Origin: Candidatus Entotheonellaceae bacterium
GTDB lineage: Bacteria > Tectomicrobia > Entotheonellia > Entotheonellales > Entotheonellaceae
Reading direction: 5' to 3'
Assembly: GCA_965238075.1 (NCBI GenBank)
Contig: OZ250173.1
Span: forward strand, 64,001 to 128,000
Length of the DNA: 64,000 nucleotides
Shown: one piece after another, positions 29,213-38,563 of the stretch
Numbering within the stretch: position 1 is the first letter of the stretch
How the letters are laid out: each line of letters begins with the position of its first letter
Notes under the pieces: generated by a model
Database searches by the model: none
Told to the model about the DNA's origin: nothing
The model's input: only the letters and a program-made list of their open reading frames with translations
Program-made: the position numbers and the translations under genes

Positions 29213-29308
29213 CGTCATGCCGGGTTTGACCCTGGACCAAGGCCGGGACAGGCTTCGCCATCCAGCCCTGATCGGTATCACTGGAATCCGGCTGGCGCCG
29301 GGATGGCG
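29213..29308. repeat. Palindromic intergenic REP/RPE-like element, copy 2 (degenerate)
   Basis: CGTCATGCCGGGTTTGACCC is the near reverse complement of GGGTCAAGCCCGGAATGACG in copy 1; shares CAGGCTTCG. Confidence 0.5.
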
Positions 29309-29363
29309 GTTTGGGGGTAGTGGGGCAGGACATTTTCATGGTATGGGGTGATTCAGACTTTGC

Positions 29364-29606
29364 CTACGTTTCCCAGGCACTCCGGTAGTCGAGTTTGTCA
29401 TCGCTCAGGCAGATGAACAGTTCGCCTTTTGCGACGCTGCGGTCTTGGTTGCGGCAGCCGAAGCCGGCGGTGCAGCGGTCCTCGGCGTTCTTGTATGGGC
29501 AGCGCCAGGTTGACACCTCGCTGGCAGTGTTCGACATGTCCCGGAAGATCGCTTCCAGACGGGCCAGGCTCGCGCGGTACTGCGCTTTGTCTATCTGCTG
29601 TGTCAT
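29364..29606 (-). CDS. Small Cys-rich hypothetical protein (80 aa)
   Basis: RCPYK....CTAGFGCRNQ........C; GGAG RBS; inside the corrinoid operon. Confidence 0.7.
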   Translation of the reverse strand: MTQQIDKAQYRASLARLEAIFRDMSNTASEVSTWRCPYKNAEDRCTAGFGCRNQDRSVAKGELFICLSDDKLDYRSAWET

Positions 29607-29628
29607 GGCGTTCTCCGACCGGGGCTGT

Positions 29629-30378
29629 CTATGAAGCTTCCGGCATGGCCCCTTCGGCGATGAATGCCTTGGCGAGATCGACGCACGCAATGGCGTTGCC
29701 GCCGTAGGCGTCGGCCCCCATGTCGTCGGCGAATTCCTGCGTCAGCGGCGCGCCGCCCAGCATGATTTTCACCGTGTCGCGGAGCCCTGCTTCCTCGAAA
29801 GCCTCGATCGTCTTGCCCATATTCGGCATGGTGGTGGTCAGCAACGCCGACATGCCGAGGATTTCGGCGCCGTGCTCCATGACGGCATCGATGAACTCAT
29901 CGGGTTTGGTGTCCACTCCCAGGTCGTGAACCACAAATCCGGAGCCGCGCAGCATCATGATGCAGAGATTCTTGCCGATGTCGTGCAGGTCACCCTTGAC
30001 CGTGCCCATGATGATCGTGCCCATCGGCTCGATGCCCGACGCCGACAGGATTGGCTCCAGATGGGTCATGCCGGCCTTCATGGCGCGCGCCGCCACCAGC
30101 ACCTCGGGCACAAAGATGATGTTGTCGCGGAATTTGATGCCCACGATGGCCATCCCGGCAATGAGGCCATCGTCCAGGATGGTGTTGGCTTGGAACCCAT
30201 CGTCCAGCGCCTGCTTGGTCAGCCGGTTTACCTCGTTGTGCTTACCGGTGATCAGGTTGTAGGCGATGTCGTGCATGATGGGGGCCGATTTCTCGAACAG
30301 GCTCTGGATGTGATTGATTTCTGCCGGCTTGGCGACGTGGGCGAATTCCTTCTCCAAGCCTTGGTTATGTATCTGCAT
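29629..30378 (-). CDS. Corrinoid (B12-binding) methyl-carrier protein
   Basis: GTVKGDLHDIGKNL, MSALLTTT, GGAP. Confidence 0.95.
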   Translation of the reverse strand: MQIHNQGLEKEFAHVAKPAEINHIQSLFEKSAPIMHDIAYNLITGKHNEVNRLTKQALDDGFQANTILDDGLIAGMAIVGIKFRDNIIFVPEVLVAARAMKAGMTHLEPILSASGIEPMGTIIMGTVKGDLHDIGKNLCIMMLRGSGFVVHDLGVDTKPDEFIDAVMEHGAEILGMSALLTTTMPNMGKTIEAFEEAGLRDTVKIMLGGAPLTQEFADDMGADAYGGNAIACVDLAKAFIAEGAMPEAS

Positions 30379-30473
30379 GCCTCATGCTCCTTGGCGCAAA
30401 TCCCACCTTGGGGTGTATAGGAACCGACGCGGCGATTGTATCAGGGGGAACGTTGGCGTTCTACCCGGCGTCC

Positions 30474-31511
30474 TCAGGCAGCGTGCTCATGCGTCCAATC
30501 CCGCACGGCCTTCGGGATCTCCAGCAGGTTTTCCAGCTTGGTGGCCAGGGGGATGGCGCACTCGGGGGCAATCAGGTTTACCCCGGCGTCCAGGCAGCGA
30601 TAGACCTCCTGGCGCACCTCCTCGGGTCCGCGGGCGTAAAGCGTTTCGGGATTGTTGATGTTGCCCACCAGGGCGATGCGGCCATCGACGATGTCCATCG
30701 CCTGCTGCGGGTCGTTCTTGGAATCGAAGTGAAAGGCCGCCATGCCGGTGCGGGCGATGTAGTCCATGCGATCCAGGGTGTTGCCGCAGATGTGCAGGAT
30801 CAGCGGTACTTTCAGGCGCTCGACCATTTCCTGGTGAAGCTCCAGCAGGAAGCGTTCGTAATACTCACCGCTTACCAAGTCGCCGGTGGCGTGATCGGGA
30901 AAGGTCAGCGCGTCGGCACCGGCTTCGATTTGCGCCTCCCCGAACAGCACCGATATTTCTTTCAACTTGTGCAGGCAGAGCATGGTCGCGTCCGGATCGT
31001 CAACGGTCATCAGCAAAAAATGCTCGACTCCAAACACGTGGTAGGCCAGCGTCCACGGCCCCATGGTCTTGCCGATGATGGCCACCTCGTCGCCGAATTC
31101 CTGCTTGAGCATGCGAAGTGATCCCGTGATGGCGACGTTGTCACGGTGGTTCAGAAATCCGGCGGGCACGCGAATGTCGTCCAGACCCTTCCAGACGGGA
31201 TTGCTCATGCGCACGGTGGGCCAGTTGTCCTTCTCCTCCCACTGCATCTCGCAACCAAGGGCCGACGACTCCTGGATGATGGTGAAATACGGCATGATGG
31301 AGTCGAAGCCCAGCTCCGTGTAACCGGTGGCCGCCAGGCGAGCCGCCAGTTCCGGGTCGCGGCACGCTTCGGGAAACGGCGCGTCCATCATGTCCATCAA
31401 CTCCACCGTCGCCACATTGGTGGGATTGGAAACCGGCGTGCGGTCAACGGGTTTACCGTTCAGGGCGTTCATCACCCGCTCACGGGGAGTCATGGTCTCT
31501 TGGAATGGCAT
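30474..31511 (-). CDS. MtaA/CmuA-family (URO-D fold) methylcobalamin methyltransferase
   Basis: GP.TLA, ILHICG and APEC Zn ligands. Confidence 0.9.
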   Translation of the reverse strand: MPFQETMTPRERVMNALNGKPVDRTPVSNPTNVATVELMDMMDAPFPEACRDPELAARLAATGYTELGFDSIMPYFTIIQESSALGCEMQWEEKDNWPTVRMSNPVWKGLDDIRVPAGFLNHRDNVAITGSLRMLKQEFGDEVAIIGKTMGPWTLAYHVFGVEHFLLMTVDDPDATMLCLHKLKEISVLFGEAQIEAGADALTFPDHATGDLVSGEYYERFLLELHQEMVERLKVPLILHICGNTLDRMDYIARTGMAAFHFDSKNDPQQAMDIVDGRIALVGNINNPETLYARGPEEVRQEVYRCLDAGVNLIAPECAIPLATKLENLLEIPKAVRDWTHEHAA

Positions 31512-31556
31512 GTCGGCGCCTCCTCTGGGCAGGGAATCGAGTGCGGGAAAAAGTAA

Positions 31557-32237
31557 CTACGTGGCCGAAAAGCCAAGAGTTCCGGTGGTCATCTGGCCGC
31601 GCAGGGCCTCGGCGGCCATCATGCCCTCAACGCTGGATATGTTACGGGAATACGGCAACAGCAACCGGGCCAACTCGTCGTGGCGTGCGCCGCAGGGGAA
31701 CATGACCTGCGTGTCGCTGACCTTGTTCATCCCGCCGTAGCGCATGAAACCGGCGACCACCATGCGCAGCCGCACCATCGGGTTCGGCGCCTCGCCCTCA
31801 CCGGAAACCCCGTACAGCCACTTGCCGTCCTGCTCCTCACCGGCAATCTTGAGCAGCAGCGGCGATTTCGAGTCCTTGATCGACATCTCGCCCTGCGGCG
31901 GCGCGAAATCCGGCGCCTTGCCAACCGCCTGGTTGAGCAAGAACCTGACCGGCCTGATGTGCAACTGGCCGCATGACGGTATGGCCTGGTTGTAGGTGCT
32001 CTCAACTGGCTTCATGCCGCCGAGGACGACGAACTGATCGCGGATTTTCTCGATGCGCGCCTCCACGCCGGGCTTGCGGCTGAAAGTCCAGATGGTGAAG
32101 ACGCCATCCTTGACGTACAAGCCGACGCTGATGTCGCCGAAATTCGGGTCCATCGGGACGAGTTCCAGGCATTTGCCGTATTGTTCAAGAACGTCGGCAA
32201 CGCGCGGTTTCGACGCAGCCTTAGCTTCAGCCATCAT
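31557..32237 (-). CDS. Hypothetical protein in the corrinoid operon
   Basis: ATGA overlap with the upstream gene; two repeated PxCGxxH motifs (PSCGQLH, FPCGARH). Confidence 0.7.
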   Translation of the reverse strand: MMAEAKAASKPRVADVLEQYGKCLELVPMDPNFGDISVGLYVKDGVFTIWTFSRKPGVEARIEKIRDQFVVLGGMKPVESTYNQAIPSCGQLHIRPVRFLLNQAVGKAPDFAPPQGEMSIKDSKSPLLLKIAGEEQDGKWLYGVSGEGEAPNPMVRLRMVVAGFMRYGGMNKVSDTQVMFPCGARHDELARLLLPYSRNISSVEGMMAAEALRGQMTTGTLGFSAT

Positions 32238-33142
32238 GTCTTCCTTCTGAGAGTCTCAACGAGCGTGCGGATATGATCGGGGGCCGTGCCGCAGCAGCCG
32301 CCTACGATGTTGACCCCCACGTCACGCACCAGCGCTGCAAAGCGTTCGGCCATGTAAGTCGGGGTTTCGGGATAGACGATCTGGCCGCCCTTGATCGCCG
32401 GGATGCCGGCGTTGGAATGGATGAGCAGATAGCCGTCGGTGGCCGCCCGCAACTCGCGTGCCAACTCGACCATCACGTCAATACCGTTGCCGCAATTGGC
32501 CCCGACGATGTCGGCACCGGCGCCTTCCAGTTCTTTGACCCCCCGCTCCGGCGACACCCCCATCATGGTGAAAAAGCCGCGCGGCCCTTTGTCGAACGTC
32601 ATAGTGGCAATCACGGTGAGGTTGGTATGCTCACGCGCGGCCCTGATGGCCAGGGCAGATTCCTCCACGGCAGTCATGGTCTCGATGACGACGCCGTCGG
32701 CCCCACCCTCATCCAAGGCGGTGATCTGCTCGACGAAGGCGTCGTACATTTCTGCCTCGCTGACCTCGCCAAGCGGCTCCAGGAACTCACCGGTCGGCCC
32801 CACGGAGCCGATCACGTAGCATCCCGCCGGCGTTTGGCTGCGGGCGTGTTCTGCCGCCAAGCGGTCAAACTCGCGGACGCGGTCGCCGAAACCGTATTTC
32901 TTCTGCATGAACTTGCTGCCGCCGAAAGAGTTGGTCAGCACCATGTCGGAGCCGGCATCGAAGTACGCCTTCGCCATGCCCTTGACGACATCCGGATGCG
33001 TGGCGTTGAACGCCTCCGGGCAACCGCCCGGCTCCAGCCCGTGTTGCTGCAGGTAGGTCCCGGTGGCGCCGTCCGAAATAAGGAAACCACCCTGCGCCAA
33101 GCGTTCCGGGATGGTTAGCGGTGCGGTGTCGGTTTCAGGCAT
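32234..33142 (-). CDS. Homocysteine S-methyltransferase family (stand-alone MetH N-terminal domain)
   Basis: DGATGT, TNSFG, GSVGPTG, IETM, GANC, NAG.P, GGCCGT; start is 33142 or 33157. Confidence 0.92.
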   Translation of the reverse strand: MPETDTAPLTIPERLAQGGFLISDGATGTYLQQHGLEPGGCPEAFNATHPDVVKGMAKAYFDAGSDMVLTNSFGGSKFMQKKYGFGDRVREFDRLAAEHARSQTPAGCYVIGSVGPTGEFLEPLGEVSEAEMYDAFVEQITALDEGGADGVVIETMTAVEESALAIRAAREHTNLTVIATMTFDKGPRGFFTMMGVSPERGVKELEGAGADIVGANCGNGIDVMVELARELRAATDGYLLIHSNAGIPAIKGGQIVYPETPTYMAERFAALVRDVGVNIVGGCCGTAPDHIRTLVETLRRKT

Positions 33143-33163
33143 ATCCAAGCTCTCCACAAGCTC

Positions 33164-33502
33164 CTATTCAATCCAGTGGTCGGCGGTGCCCGGACGCGGG
33201 TCGCGCTGGCCGGCTGCGTGCAGGTCGCGTATCCGGGCCGCAAAATCGTGGGGGAAACCGTTGTTGTAACGCTTCGCTACCGCTGCGGCAGCCTCTTCCG
33301 CGCTGCCTTCCACTTCCGTCTCGCCGCCCCACTCCCAGGCCATCAGGTAGTCGTCGCTGCCACTGCTGCCGTCGAACATCGAAATGGCGTCGACGCCCTG
33401 CTGAAAGCGCTCGTGCAGCGGTTTGGAGACCTGGCCGTCGTCGTCTTCGGCCTGGACCTGCACTGGGACTTCTTTCCAATACATCACACGCACGGTTGCC
33501 AC
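33164..33502 (-). CDS. Small 'virulence factor'-domain protein typical of split methionine-synthase clusters
   Basis: YWKEVPVQV...L.ERFQ..VD..M...SDDYL..W pattern. Confidence 0.7.
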   Translation of the reverse strand: MATVRVMYWKEVPVQVQAEDDDGQVSKPLHERFQQGVDAISMFDGSSGSDDYLMAWEWGGETEVEGSAEEAAAAVAKRYNNGFPHDFAARIRDLHAAGQRDPRPGTADHWIE

Positions 33503-33927
33503 GGACCCCTCACGTTTCCCTGTTGTTCAAGCGGCGCCTAGAATACATGATAACCGGCAGCCTGCAAAGCCCCGCCGTGTGTGTGGTAGTGTGTCAGTTC
33601 GTAATTACCGGCTCATAATCCCCTGGTAGGGGGAAGGGAAAAGGGGTTGCTCCCTTTCGTTTGGAGGGGGACGGCGGAGGTAAGGGGGGAATTGGAGTGA
33701 GACTCTGTCAGGGCAAGGAGCCTGCTGGATAATCATGATTTCGGATTCATTCCCGTTCCCCCGCCATCTTCCACAAACCATCACGCGGCCCGGCGGTAGC
33801 GGTAAAGGATAGATACGCGAAGCGGTGGCGGATGGCTTCCCGTGCGTCGGATCACCGGATTGACCGATTCGGGGCGTTGGATAAAATTCTTTGGCATATT
33901 TCAAGCAGACTGTATGGACGTGTGAGA

Positions 33928-35103
33928 TCACGACAGAAATTGCTGCATCAGCGCAGTCTGCCAATGCAGCGCCAGACCCGTCAATCCCGCCGTTAACACC
34001 AGACTTACCACGACAATCACGCCGAGTTCCGCCGCCACCAGTTCCACCATTTTGAGGCGGCTGCAGCCGAGTTTGTACATGGTCTCGATTTCGGACTGAC
34101 GCAAGCGCAGGGAGAGCGCGATGATCAGGATGATCGTCAGCAGCATGGCAACGCTGACCACGGCGAAAATGATATTGAGCACCCGTTGAATCTTGAAGAT
34201 GTTCTGCAGCAGCGCCTTCACCACGCCGAGGGGTTTGATCAACAGGAACGTACTGGTTTCGGGAAGATAGCGGCCCATGAGTAGGGTGGCGGATTTGTCG
34301 TCGTGCGGCACCGCAATGACCGAGGTGAGCGGGAACTGGCCCGTGTCGCCGTGAAAGTGAAACGAATCCATATTCTCCTGCGTGATTTCGGTGTACTGCA
34401 CGATTTTGGCGCTGGCGACGAGCTTGCCGTCTTCCTCTCTCAGCACCACTTGCGGATCGCGGGTCGCCGCCACGTCCTCATGCCCGTGTCCGAGTCCTTC
34501 GATGACCCAGGCGGTTCTGACATCGACGAACACCGCCCGGTCATCCGGCGTATAACGGGCCTTGAGTACCCCCACCACCTGCATTTTGAGCGGATACACA
34601 CCGGCCAAGTCAAACGGGTTCTCCGGCGTGGATATGAGTGCGTCGCCGGGGCCAAGGCCGAGCTGGTCCGCCACCGCCGCGCCCAAGACGCACTCGCCCA
34701 GAACGGCCAGCATGCGCCCGGAGGCGACCTCAAGCCGTCGGAAGCTCATGTAGTCCAGCGTGGTGCCGACAATCGGAAAGCCTCGGGCCGTGTACCGGTT
34801 GTAAATGGGAATGGCGAAAGCAAAGCCGGTCTCGTCAATGCGGTCAGCTTCGTCCATGCTGATGGTTTCGGGCGGCTTTGAGGCGAAATACAGCGTGTTC
34901 ATCACCAAGTCCAGGGCGCTGCCCTTTTGCCCCAGGATCAACGGCGTGGCCTGGGAGCGGTCGAGCATTTGCACCTCGCTGGCGCGCACCAGGATGTGCA
35001 CGGCGAGCGGCAGATAGGTAATCAAGGTGAGCGCAGCGATGAGCACGGCGGCTTTGACTTTGTGAAACCGCAGATACTGCCACGCCACGTACAGACTGTG
35101 CAT
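33928..35103 (-). CDS. MacB/FtsX-like ABC permease
   Basis: G.KGS.LDL, PIVGT, SLRLRQ.E; TM helices. Confidence 0.8.
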   Translation of the reverse strand: MHSLYVAWQYLRFHKVKAAVLIAALTLITYLPLAVHILVRASEVQMLDRSQATPLILGQKGSALDLVMNTLYFASKPPETISMDEADRIDETGFAFAIPIYNRYTARGFPIVGTTLDYMSFRRLEVASGRMLAVLGECVLGAAVADQLGLGPGDALISTPENPFDLAGVYPLKMQVVGVLKARYTPDDRAVFVDVRTAWVIEGLGHGHEDVAATRDPQVVLREEDGKLVASAKIVQYTEITQENMDSFHFHGDTGQFPLTSVIAVPHDDKSATLLMGRYLPETSTFLLIKPLGVVKALLQNIFKIQRVLNIIFAVVSVAMLLTIILIIALSLRLRQSEIETMYKLGCSRLKMVELVAAELGVIVVVSLVLTAGLTGLALHWQTALMQQFLS

Positions 35104-35105
35104 GA

Positions 35106-35795
35106 TTATGCTCGCTGCGGGCGATCAAAGGCTTGAAAGTCGACAACCCGGTCGAAGCCGCTGAGTAGGCCGTGGTCGTGGGTGACCGCCACGAGCGTCG
35201 CCCCGGCCTCATCGACGTATTGAAAGAGGTGCTGCAGAATGTGCGACTTGTTGGCCGGGTCCAGATTGCCGGTGGGCTCATCGGCGAGGAGCAAAGGCGG
35301 GCGCGTCACCAGAGCCCGGCAAATGGCGGCGCGCTGCTTTTCCCCCTGGGACAGATGGTGGACGTGACGCTTGAGCTTGTCCGCGATGCCCATGATGTCC
35401 GCCAGGTGGACGGCATAGTCGCGCACCTGCGGCGTCAGGTTGAGGGCACGATTGATCCGGTAGGGATGCAGGATGTTGTCGAGAATGGTCAGGTAATCCA
35501 GCAGCGCAAAGTCCTGGAACACAAAGCCGATGTTGGCAATGCGAAAACGCCGCCGCTCGGCATCGCCGAGCTGATCCAGCGACGCGCCATGCACCCTGAT
35601 CTGGCCGCTGACGGCCGGCACAATGCCGGCCAGCAAATTGATGAGGGTCGTCTTGCCCGACCCGCTGGGTCCAATGACGGCCGCTTTCGTCCCGGCGTCG
35701 ATGCAGAGGTCAGGAATGTGGAGATAGAAATCGCCCTCCGGGTACTGAAAGGTCAACCGCTCAATGGCGATGAAGGGAGGCTGCGCATCAGTCAT
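35106..35795 (-). CDS. ABC ATP-binding protein (LolD-like)
   Basis: [26 protein letters not shown]. Confidence 0.9.
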   Translation of the reverse strand: MTDAQPPFIAIERLTFQYPEGDFYLHIPDLCIDAGTKAAVIGPSGSGKTTLINLLAGIVPAVSGQIRVHGASLDQLGDAERRRFRIANIGFVFQDFALLDYLTILDNILHPYRINRALNLTPQVRDYAVHLADIMGIADKLKRHVHHLSQGEKQRAAICRALVTRPPLLLADEPTGNLDPANKSHILQHLFQYVDEAGATLVAVTHDHGLLSGFDRVVDFQAFDRPQRA

Positions 35796-37534
35796 GGCAG
35801 GCGGCGTTCTTCGATGACGTCCAGAGCGACGATTTTCCAGTTCTGCTCGATGGGCTGGATGGTGATCATGGCGTCGTATCGATTGCGGCGCTGGTGGGTG
35901 TGCCCCCAGTGGTTCACCGTACCCGTGATACGCCAGGCGCATTGGAACGTCAGGCGCTGCCGCTTGCCTGGAGGGCCGACCTGAACGGCGTCCAGGAGCT
36001 GAACGTCTTGCACCTTGGCGCGTGCGCCGCCCTGCTCTTCCATCACCAGGCGTTGGCGGCTTTGCAAATAGATGTCCGTGATTAAATCGCCCGCGGCGCT
36101 GACCGCCAGTTTGTCGTAGACGTCGTTTTCGGCGCGAAAATCAAAGGCGCGATAGGTGTTTTGCAAGAGCCCTTGGAGAATCAACAACGACTCGACCTCG
36201 GGTAGCTGATAGGGCGCCGCAAATGGGTTGCGAACCGCAATCCGTCCAAACGACCCCACCCCTACGGCCACGACGAAAATCAAGGCAACCGCGGTGATCC
36301 GATAGACACCGTTGAGCGCCAGAAAACCGCCAAAGCCAGCGAGTAGTGCCGCGGCGAGGCAAAGCAGGACGCTTGCCAAAGGAATTTCGAGCCGGTTGGC
36401 AGCCTGTGCGGCAATCGCGTCAATGGTGGCGACCTGGTAGTTGTATTCGTCCAGCATATTGGTCCAACGCAACGTGGGCTGCGCCGGTGTCACGTCGTAA
36501 GGCAATTGACTGACAGGGTCGATGACCGTGGACGGAATCGAGGTGATCTGGTCGTCAAAATGCGTCCAGTCCACCGTCACCTCTTGCGGTGGTCCGGGGG
36601 TGACGTAGGCAAGAATAACGCCCACCAATGCGGTGTGAAACGTCAGCCGCTCAGCCGTGTCAAGTGTCTGGATGCCCTGCGGGGTGACCCTGACAAATTC
36701 GACGCGGTCGAGCAGCGGGCGGGACTTCACGCCATCGATCCGCACTTGGCTTTGTTGCAAAAGAAATTGGCCGATCTGTTCGCGCAGCCGCGCCTGCTGC
36801 TCTGGCTCGATCGGCTTCTCAATCGGCACGTCCAGTGACATCCACGACGCCAACGCTTTCAATCGGATGAGAATTTCAAACCGCACCTCGTACGGCTCGA
36901 CGTAGAGAAACGTCATGAGCGGCGCGCTGTGATGCCGTTTCAGATCGGCGTTTTCGAAGGCGGAGTACCAGGGGTCGTCCCAGTCCAACCGCAGGGTCTC
37001 CGGGCGCACCAAGTATTGGAAGTCGATGACCGGAATGGTTTCGTGATACACGATAAAGCCGATTTCGGCCGCCGCCTCATCACTCCCGATTCGCAGTGGC
37101 GGTGTCAGCGTCAGCGTCGCAGGAAGCACTGCCAGGTTATAAACTACCTCGACATAGGTCACCTCGGGGCTGCCCGATATCTGGACGGCGGTCGATTGGG
37201 ACGCCGTGGAGCGGTCCGTGCGCGGCCGACGCTCGATGACCTTCACCTCCCCCGCCAGCGGCGTACCATCATCGCCGGTCAATATCAGATCCAAAGGAAC
37301 CTCATTTTGTGTGGAGGCTTCGTCATCGAGCAAATCGGCAAATGTCTCCTGATCCAGGTCGCCGATCTCCAGCCGCAGCGTGATGCGCTCTCCATCAATC
37401 CATATCTCGGCCACCGTGGAGCTGTGTTCGGCGCCCGTGTACTTCGTCAAGTGGGCCTGCGCTGTCCGTGCAAGCGCCAACAGGCTCAGCATCAGACACA
37501 ACAAGCAGATTACTGGCCATGACCTGATGATCAC
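35792..37534 (-). CDS. Exported/membrane hypothetical protein
   Basis: Signal peptide ending AQAH; two TM helices; C-terminal HWGH.H.R.N.Y motif; overlaps the downstream ATPase gene. Confidence 0.7.
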   Translation of the reverse strand: MIIRSWPVICLLCLMLSLLALARTAQAHLTKYTGAEHSSTVAEIWIDGERITLRLEIGDLDQETFADLLDDEASTQNEVPLDLILTGDDGTPLAGEVKVIERRPRTDRSTASQSTAVQISGSPEVTYVEVVYNLAVLPATLTLTPPLRIGSDEAAAEIGFIVYHETIPVIDFQYLVRPETLRLDWDDPWYSAFENADLKRHHSAPLMTFLYVEPYEVRFEILIRLKALASWMSLDVPIEKPIEPEQQARLREQIGQFLLQQSQVRIDGVKSRPLLDRVEFVRVTPQGIQTLDTAERLTFHTALVGVILAYVTPGPPQEVTVDWTHFDDQITSIPSTVIDPVSQLPYDVTPAQPTLRWTNMLDEYNYQVATIDAIAAQAANRLEIPLASVLLCLAAALLAGFGGFLALNGVYRITAVALIFVVAVGVGSFGRIAVRNPFAAPYQLPEVESLLILQGLLQNTYRAFDFRAENDVYDKLAVSAAGDLITDIYLQSRQRLVMEEQGGARAKVQDVQLLDAVQVGPPGKRQRLTFQCAWRITGTVNHWGHTHQRRNRYDAMITIQPIEQNWKIVALDVIEERRLP

Positions 37535-37598
37535 AGTTGATGTCCCAATGGCTTGAGGGTGCTACGGGAACGGTCGACGTGCCCCGACTGACTGTGCC

Positions 37599-38429
37599 TC
37601 ATGGTCCTGCCGGCAGTTCGAAGGTTAGAGACGCCCAATAGCTGCGCCAATCCTCTGTGGCTTGCACCGCAGCAGGAATCATGTGCACCGCCTTCACCAA
37701 CCACAGGCCGCTGCGGCGCAAATTGAACTCGGCGCGTCCATCCGAGCCGCTTTGGGCTCGCTGCACCTCGTTCGGCGCGCTCTGGTTCAGCGCCATGACT
37801 AGCGCGCCGCTCACGGGCTGGCCCTCGTACAGCAGTTGCACCGTCAATGGTGCCGGGGCTTTCATGTGGTACGGGTTCGTTTCGGGAAGGAGTTCCAGGG
37901 TCAGGCCGACCGGCTTGTTGTGGCGGGACGAGTCGCCCTCGGTTGATCCGCCGCCGACCCATAAAAGCGATTTGGCACAACGCGAGTAGGCTTCCTTGCC
38001 GGGTTGGTCACTCGCCCCGGCTTCGTGACGGGCTTCTAATATCGCTTCAAGCCCCTCGGCCCGCAGGTATCTGTTGAACCGCTCGGCTGGGAGTTCAAGA
38101 TAGGTGGGCATGTTCTCAAAGCTCACCACCTGCAAGCCGCTCTCCATCAGCCGGGCCATGCCGGCCGGGTCGCGCTGCAACGGCAGCACCTCGAACCGAC
38201 GGGTGGCACTATCAATGTGAAAGCGTTTCACCCGCGCGATGGAAAATGTCGCCGGCTCGCCGTTGAAATTCTCGCCGACCCGCAGATAGAACAATACCCT
38301 GCCCTCCGGCTTGAGCTGAAAACTCGAGGGCTCAATCCAATAGTCGTGCGCCGCCGCGAACGGCACGGAGAACAGCACCAGCATCAGGCACAGCCAAGCG
38401 TAGGGCATCCTTGGCTTCTCGGTGGACAT
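37599..38429 (-). CDS. DUF4198 / NikM-like periplasmic metal-binding protein
   Basis: Mature N-terminus AH-DYWI; E.YSR.AK; GL.LELLP..NPY; WASLTF. Confidence 0.8.
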   Translation of the reverse strand: MSTEKPRMPYAWLCLMLVLFSVPFAAAHDYWIEPSSFQLKPEGRVLFYLRVGENFNGEPATFSIARVKRFHIDSATRRFEVLPLQRDPAGMARLMESGLQVVSFENMPTYLELPAERFNRYLRAEGLEAILEARHEAGASDQPGKEAYSRCAKSLLWVGGGSTEGDSSRHNKPVGLTLELLPETNPYHMKAPAPLTVQLLYEGQPVSGALVMALNQSAPNEVQRAQSGSDGRAEFNLRRSGLWLVKAVHMIPAAVQATEDWRSYWASLTFELPAGP

Positions 38430-38563
38430 TTTTTCCTGCCTTCCTTGTTGTCGGGAGCGGACGAAACCCCTGAGCGTACGATGGCAATAGTTACAGCGTT
38501 AAGGTACTTGCGACAACCGCCCTTCGTCAATGAGAGACCCGGCGGCGAACCGCCGCCGTACGG

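Noticed and set aside
33540-33927. Possible cobalamin riboswitch upstream of the corrinoid operon
   Set aside because: Only a GGGAA...AATCC fragment on the minus strand; no CCC.C.ACTGT core or B12 box found by eye. An Infernal/Rfam scan would decide
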